Shown here: positions 62,101 through 64,000 of the stretch, piece by piece
Layout: the number at the start of each line of letters is the position of its first letter
Numbering within the stretch: the stretch's first letter is position 1
Assembly: GCA_964019335.1 (NCBI GenBank)
Contig: OZ025651.1
Coordinates: 434,001 to 498,000 of the forward strand
Length of the DNA stretch: 64,000 nt
Source: Diplonema japonicum
Lineage: Eukaryota > Protista > Euglenozoa: Diplonemea
Direction: 5' to 3'
The notes under the pieces: generated by a model
Databases searched by the model: none
Told to the model about the DNA's origin: nothing
What the model saw: the letters and a program-made list of their open reading frames with translations, nothing else
Position numbers and translations under genes: made by a program

Positions 62101-63688
62101 TCGTCTTCTTGCTCATCTCTCTTCGCAGTTCTTCTGTCTTGTTGGTCACTTCCCTCAGACGCGTTTCGAGAATCTTCTCCTTTTCTTCCGTCGACGTTGC
62201 TTCTGTGTTGTGCTTTAAGTGCATCTCTTCTAGCTTTCTGTGCAGGATGGCTTCAGCACGCTCTGCTTCTTCCTGCTTTTTAACGGCGCTGTCTTTGGTG
62301 CGCTCGGCGTTGCGGAGCTTGTCTTTTAAGTCGGTTTCGGTGACGCGGAGCTCAGCCTCCAGGGAGTGGATTGTGGCGCTGTCTTCCTCTTTGCGCTTCT
62401 GCGACTTGGTTTTGGTTTCCTCTAAGTCCTCACGGGTCTTTGCAAGATTGCTCTTCGTTTCGTTGAGCTCCACGTCCAAGGTGTACCGCGTCTTCTTCAA
62501 CGCTGTGAGCTCTTCTTGGAGGGTCGTTTTGAGGGCTTCGAGCTCTTTGGACTTCACCTCTATGTCGTCCTTCTTTGCGTTGAGCTCCGTAAGCTGACCT
62601 TGGCACATGCTACGCTCTTGCACAGCATCGTCCTTCTGCTGCACCAGCTCAATGCGCTCGTTCTCAAGACTTCGGAGCGTCGCTTCGATCTCCCGTATCT
62701 TCGTCCGCTGGTCATTGCACAGTTGGAACAGCTTGTGCTGGTCGGTATCCGGCGTGATGGTCGTGCTCAGCCCCAGGTACGATGTCGTGTCCATCACACC
62801 AAGCTCAGAATACGAGCCTTGCATTCCCTGCAGAGCTCCATCAGGGCTGGAGTTCCATACCCTGTCAAGCAGGTCCTGCATGTCTGCTGTCGGCGGTGCC
62901 CCAGCACACGGCACAATCAACCCGAGATTCGAGTCTTTCGGAAGTACCTTTGCAATAGCCTTGCCAGAGTCAGGGGAGGAGGACAGCCAGGTTCTTATGA
63001 GGTTCTTGAAGTGTGTGTTGTGGTCTTTAAGGACGTCTGCGATGTATAGGTACGACACGGGCTTTGCAGGGTCGAGGTTGTGCTGGATGCCCACGGACAT
63101 GACGAGCGTGCAGTTTTTTTCTTTCAGGCGCTTCATGGCTGTTTCGGAGGAGAAGATGCGGTTGACGTTCCCCACGAAGGCCTCGATGCTGGAGAGGGAA
63201 ACGTACGTCCCGCCGAGCACAGCCGTGTCGCCCCATGAAGGGGAGGCGGCGTCTCGCACGTCGTGGAAGAGATTGAAGTTTTTCAACGTTCCGGGATCCG
63301 TGCTGCTGTGAAGTCCTGGAAATGCGACTTTAAGTTTATACCGGTTACCAACATGGTTGGTGATATACCGCAGTGCCCGTACAGCAATACCGTCGAGAGG
63401 TCGCTCTCGTTCTGACAGAGGGATGCTGCCTATCATGCCTTCCAGCCTGTTCTCTTGTTCTGCAGGCGGCCACGCGTCGCCCATTGTCAAGACTGTTCCG
63501 TTCTCGCCCTTGAGCACCCGTTCCACAACGGGCCGTACACTCTTCTCGAACACCTCGTCCTTGTTCCCCCCGTTCACCACGTTGTGGCACCTCACCCTCG
63601 TCCCACCCACCATCGCGCCCCCTTCTTCATGCCTGACATCTTGCCCAGAGCGTGGATGCACATGCAGCGTCACCGCTGCCTGCGGCAT
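50159..63688 (-). CDS. Giant coiled-coil protein (4509 aa) with a degenerate kinesin-motor-like N-terminal domain
   Basis: 13.5-kb uninterrupted ORF; VFEKSVRPVVERVLKGENGTVLTMG resembles the kinesin pre-P-loop segment; extensive E/K/R/L/A heptads. Confidence 0.9.
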   Translation of the reverse strand: MPQAAVTLHVHPRSGQDVRHEEGGAMVGGTRVRCHNVVNGGNKDEVFEKSVRPVVERVLKGENGTVLTMGDAWPPAEQENRLEGMIGSIPLSERERPLDGIAVRALRYITNHVGNRYKLKVAFPGLHSSTDPGTLKNFNLFHDVRDAASPSWGDTAVLGGTYVSLSSIEAFVGNVNRIFSSETAMKRLKEKNCTLVMSVGIQHNLDPAKPVSYLYIADVLKDHNTHFKNLIRTWLSSSPDSGKAIAKVLPKDSNLGLIVPCAGAPPTADMQDLLDRVWNSSPDGALQGMQGSYSELGVMDTTSYLGLSTTITPDTDQHKLFQLCNDQRTKIREIEATLRSLENERIELVQQKDDAVQERSMCQGQLTELNAKKDDIEVKSKELEALKTTLQEELTALKKTRYTLDVELNETKSNLAKTREDLEETKTKSQKRKEEDSATIHSLEAELRVTETDLKDKLRNAERTKDSAVKKQEEAERAEAILHRKLEEMHLKHNTEATSTEEKEKILETRLREVTNKTEELRREMSKKTTELQGKVEAAEDKLASEKSARKKDNEEAERSLQHKDDLYNRKLDAAEDRLKRAKDASDEELKQLQLQHERDLKRKEIDWERQRQQEQDDSDRKCREKVNELEQKLNSERSELQALTDAADRQKQKLQKELEASLAGGLSDKQRWTELEAKLAEQKEQLENERDTKRRVEQDGISATSEHTRKLRSIENERDTARRDLDAAKQRLRNLEDELAEGKVQSTEALQNADERERAALSQLESTLHQLNGAQGECRRLTMMNTDLERRITTLKKQEEGLILERDSLQSELREAERGGAGKTRDVNNLEAEIKRLKGTVQDSAEERRKLDDEMDTQRRAVGDWERKHNELQEQLTRHKAEKTRLENDLRSQIEKQHRLEGVSNKDRAQMEEENRGLKASLEKAEERERQAELSRVESMKPLSSLSTELAQTKKRLGECELDRDKLRSKMDDAAMGAASKEVELAGALSRVRELEQVLSGEQRAVSETRDAAARDAEDAQRDRKKFEHELSLLNEEIENKTRLANKLRKDASDAAGDLNKCEAESDNLKQRLDDALKQLSAAGTRTESDERKLRESMNEANRCADEAALALRTVDKLQRQNDNAKEEIIQLKENLEAAKRDGKSAAEAAEDRGRQLSTTADDIRKAAESRQRDLEVEMEKARTSYEALQKKMTQELGDSESRLTTLASELAESSRVNERLRTDLLKSTSEVEQWRARAGEHQRALEAAHEAKRVTELETTNAVAASERQLERAKLADSRAAAAEERAMRFSHDAETARKEIDDIRAQAQNKIDDAHQKELDATEAQNKERRSRLAVESKAKALDDETTKLQRLVSDLEQDAARMQDEARSAVAKERELERKLWSLQTESDEQRNTFDRQLTLAKDEATRVSNRLAAEVVSKREANESLVAEAAERSKMKVDLENAQTLLAAAQQESDRHKSQVAELQSRLSELRKELDNAVAAHGDAMNQKETEMMGVSEELRKEKSAKRILQDQVLSLEEQNYQVQEEKSDLYDQVSALQQDCRSAEARIRDKERELERSKHGAEGVRKGLEDELDSVRAAVKEHIEKGDKMQNEVMALRKNDGRQGELRDADRRLREAEDEARRAKETARIANRQLDDVSKRADSNAERVAKLQREIDSLQSQLTESADVADTIITAPSKALDIPATGRLGNSLAAIARRSCDSRGEVDRLKRETAKYMSLLEEERSKLEGLESINSRLVLEQQSTERKHTDEKKHLSAAKVILEHELADLRQQLENEQKSNEEGASAALKHAEKLEAAARAAEAKLRAELSDSNDSLAAADVKSKQKDNEMHAIETQVFKLRKQIEEEEERSSKALVLQQREASSERDRLQRQCEAVQDRNEGLLRSNDDAKRQISELKANLEQYEKQQHRAHRTTERSDAITEALKADIAKLKNQLAASETDNELASKREAEAAQKISDLDKQLADTLHSMRDAEVRAETRSRATHKLEALLNFADHELGNLASHGRLMGAATSPPRFIRRNEKDQALLGIARGLRRTVELTSDPNPADLSKKLDGITEMTGQDVRTHLAEWYNLAHIVKDAYPDAAGYISRAQKAVVGLLENSDKDGEDISQEVRPIAGPLSNNITTLSLGDRGEGSVRFHENMVDLENAVSELAGRPSCVPDNFKTAIMHAMNFHDPALSSVLTMMQQRAEGGSSPYSEGEGDLAAFVCELVVALTTASSISDLLVLSDTCGLLAEDLPQARSDLARLRSTITRATDAALLCDTNTSPAISEALSLFSKIATNYFAPRDIAQPYSWDKNGKRRLQSGFDALESKLADSERENSRLKKELDTCAAETGKYRSMLATAEEQLADAERLASSRLRGHQVTTGDMNIEITRLADKLAVANNELQDARTAQQRAETARWDVEGKLRSSQNEIKMLSQTVDRLQVEAETVRSKLREVDDEKRDFEEKLIEKEAAAQRKADSSIREAQSLKEKCRNLEADHNALAYRLQRQEAERNEALRRAEATEAKLRNCETDYMDALSRTDDAERQQDFVVSDLQKARTEASESKTRLKLLEAELHDAKRRAELAETQQWTCEAERDEAKRRSEAVERTCRQLELQHEKVMRLLQSAEDRAADAERLSSERLHDQNAANELSMEVRRLAERLAAAQSEAHQARENSRELEKDKWELEGLMHTHENDKQSLLRQLNKLQQDFESQQAKARGLEDLAERARKADVERSDALRRADASLRDVEETRNRQRITEAERAEMSDRLLTAETELAESQRRHDSLKYKLKSVDSELADVKRRAVDAEERADDLEERLLQEETESRTRLHRAEAELEELRKNLGSGGSKEQLAATQQTLVLLQDTESDLRDQVRQLEMELAHTSRVAAGAEDLRSRMVEVSKRLDDSEEAIELAENARKHVENELAAARDNALVAEHRARDAARRVELLEREIEEGRNRLKICDSEKGDLHERVLNAENLREEARRKLGLSQHQVKSLQAELEDFKRLLKIAEEEADDSQTVAARDKAELERAEGELEELRTAVIDMTGMRQQLGDLQRRLALSEDSEEELKLANQKNEAALSDLRRSLSQAEDVKGKLSDMMLKTTDLEEKLQHMHEENLRLEMELAGCKDQLKDQEQKLRMAQREADVSNREATDATEKLRSLETENSDFQQRVLALEKGREESRRRCETAEKKLVSTEQLAEDSRRRARGAEKITDEMSAEMQDLKRILQGSQGEATELRKSTFELTNTKQQLADITRKLSNIEGVEAELRGQVSRLENRLKQTEDELLVAHGEAAASNELKLKLNEAKRRQEQSEGQISGLENVRVQTEEHLLTSKQQIKEYEMQLQETDKKLEATLNELNEAKTRCRGYEAECGSIQGTLMRTEAECDELRRKQEQSEMNVDMLEKALQEQHRRVEVIEKRTDASDEKAAAALQQMMAASAKHQETEAQLHEAQTAVGEVRDLKLQVADMQNRLIEAEEVEAARRKENAKLRVDLNAALRESAALPSLEEELSKASRLIAQYEARAGRDQEIRKKCQEDTLAATEASRGNETQVKQLEDEVSTLQAIVARLEGENRDLASTLTNEAHEAERSGMMASMHEANAAELATGLQELQMKLEQSQQVQQLQLMQANDENKNSLLNTVTILEADLNKARASASHWEAQARALNDELEGTDVTVGTIAANMPAVLNGTLVVTAPVMTARERFAKAVLAVDPANAHEMGKLRSNIRDTAATVNADAERKVCIHNNNIKYRQALETCGERLGSLHRRMARGDQPDPGMIAAIGEALGLSDIVSKQGGKEKEMYDLLEGAVDGMQRGILPNWIVIEDALRAAGMHGAASCIRGAAKHHKRDPSMITAVASAIKEHGWELYSALEALASKQPSGLDTDDPILSRAHHDSESASLAAEYGEVLLALDPASSVMMDVLKASKRNGIGWDAPRLLKEAFDRAAAQAVEASTRSALRTASQRVQRGEYLHPALFALSQGSTTPEVVALLRNCKDDLPSGAADIAKSLGRRLSHLEEPWAASASSFILEAALLTPPHAPHNIIRALRMLSSNKVVPMEVIQQLRDDARSSASVLYDVPILQNCLRKTGERLASVQRDKTAEKWQLQAIAAALCAGVHSISSKSVYASNLVKNLTDAEKLRTIPRLTLVELCEIPITDDIAHQKALQRLTALRRRAEGGALVEAWEIKVVRECLEGALAQPEEESLITTEGSPERNGLRAARKTVRLRDDHTRILEYVVTAMEEVAAKKRLIAELTEDVERLRGDVVMAGDDVVRDTAVLHAKLKETERSLSVTRGEVDAARQRENTYREEVESLRRMHMQSVSPEAVIPRRETNALEQEINDLTGLIMLAWRGLSPPGCDSASGPGGIPDLMEMNTLINNVKKEAETHGAMTRKLKSLVSKYAPVLEAPPSPTHYEKDIVTLETVLAVLNTILEKLVQDVEGAQMVITRQNEHLRTARLSVSASAFEIADLSHDISPQRSSLRTPSLRQSSISTAYPSAYTKRY

Positions 63689-64000
63689 TGTCCGTCACCA
63701 CCCCCTGTTGTGGATTGAGAACGCGATGGATTCAACAAATAAATAACAAGAAACGGTGTAAATAACAACTGTTTTAGGGTAGGGGGACGATGGGTGGAAA
63801 ACACATCGAATATTTCTATTTCAGTTTTTCTTCTTCTCTAAGCCGCTTTTTTTTGCATCTGCCGTTGCCGGATCCGCGCGGCTCGGGCTGCTTTCTCCTT
63901 TTCAAGCATTTTGTAAGCACGCCGCTTGGCTTCTACCTTTTCCGCGTCTGGGGCGTATTTTCTTGTGGCCATCAGTGCATGTCGCTTCACGGCTGAGTCG

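Noticed and set aside
4-63996. Numerous short poly-Phe/poly-Lys ORFs and plus-strand ORFs antisense to genes
   Set aside because: Products of homopolymer tracts or antisense shadows; no motifs.

Overview
This is eukaryotic nuclear DNA, most likely from a diplonemid (Euglenozoa). The evidence is two copies of a diplonemid-type 39-nt spliced-leader (SL) sequence (19731-19769, 39725-39763) and about 21 protein genes, all on the minus strand as one unidirectional array separated by homopolymer-rich spacers. Genes include an RSPH10B-like MORN protein, two tandem CocE/NonD hydrolases, an SDR, a Clu/TPR protein, a ubiquitin-like/LRR protein, a USP deubiquitinase, a LOG-family protein, a Kv-type K+ channel, CS-domain and WD40 proteins, a 2037-aa WSC/DTDAP mucin-like protein, a class I heme peroxidase, SPEF1 and a 4509-aa coiled-coil protein with a degenerate kinesin-like head. 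Two unusual systems stand out. (1) I assembled by hand eleven 38-66 nt GT-AG introns that restore or tidy reading frames; many end in a poly(A) tract instead of a polypyrimidine tract, the extreme case being GTATTT-A38-G. Putative trans-splice acceptors are U-rich and several 5' UTRs are poly(A). (2) Three related families of non-LTR retroposons are all co-oriented with the genes, end in T-tracts rather than poly(A), and sit in pyrimidine tracts. Two copies begin with an SL, suggesting that SL-trans-spliced retroposon RNAs are reverse transcribed and re-inserted. Two small TIR elements are also present. All family assignments are from remembered motifs, no searches were run, and homopolymer lengths may be assembly-dependent.
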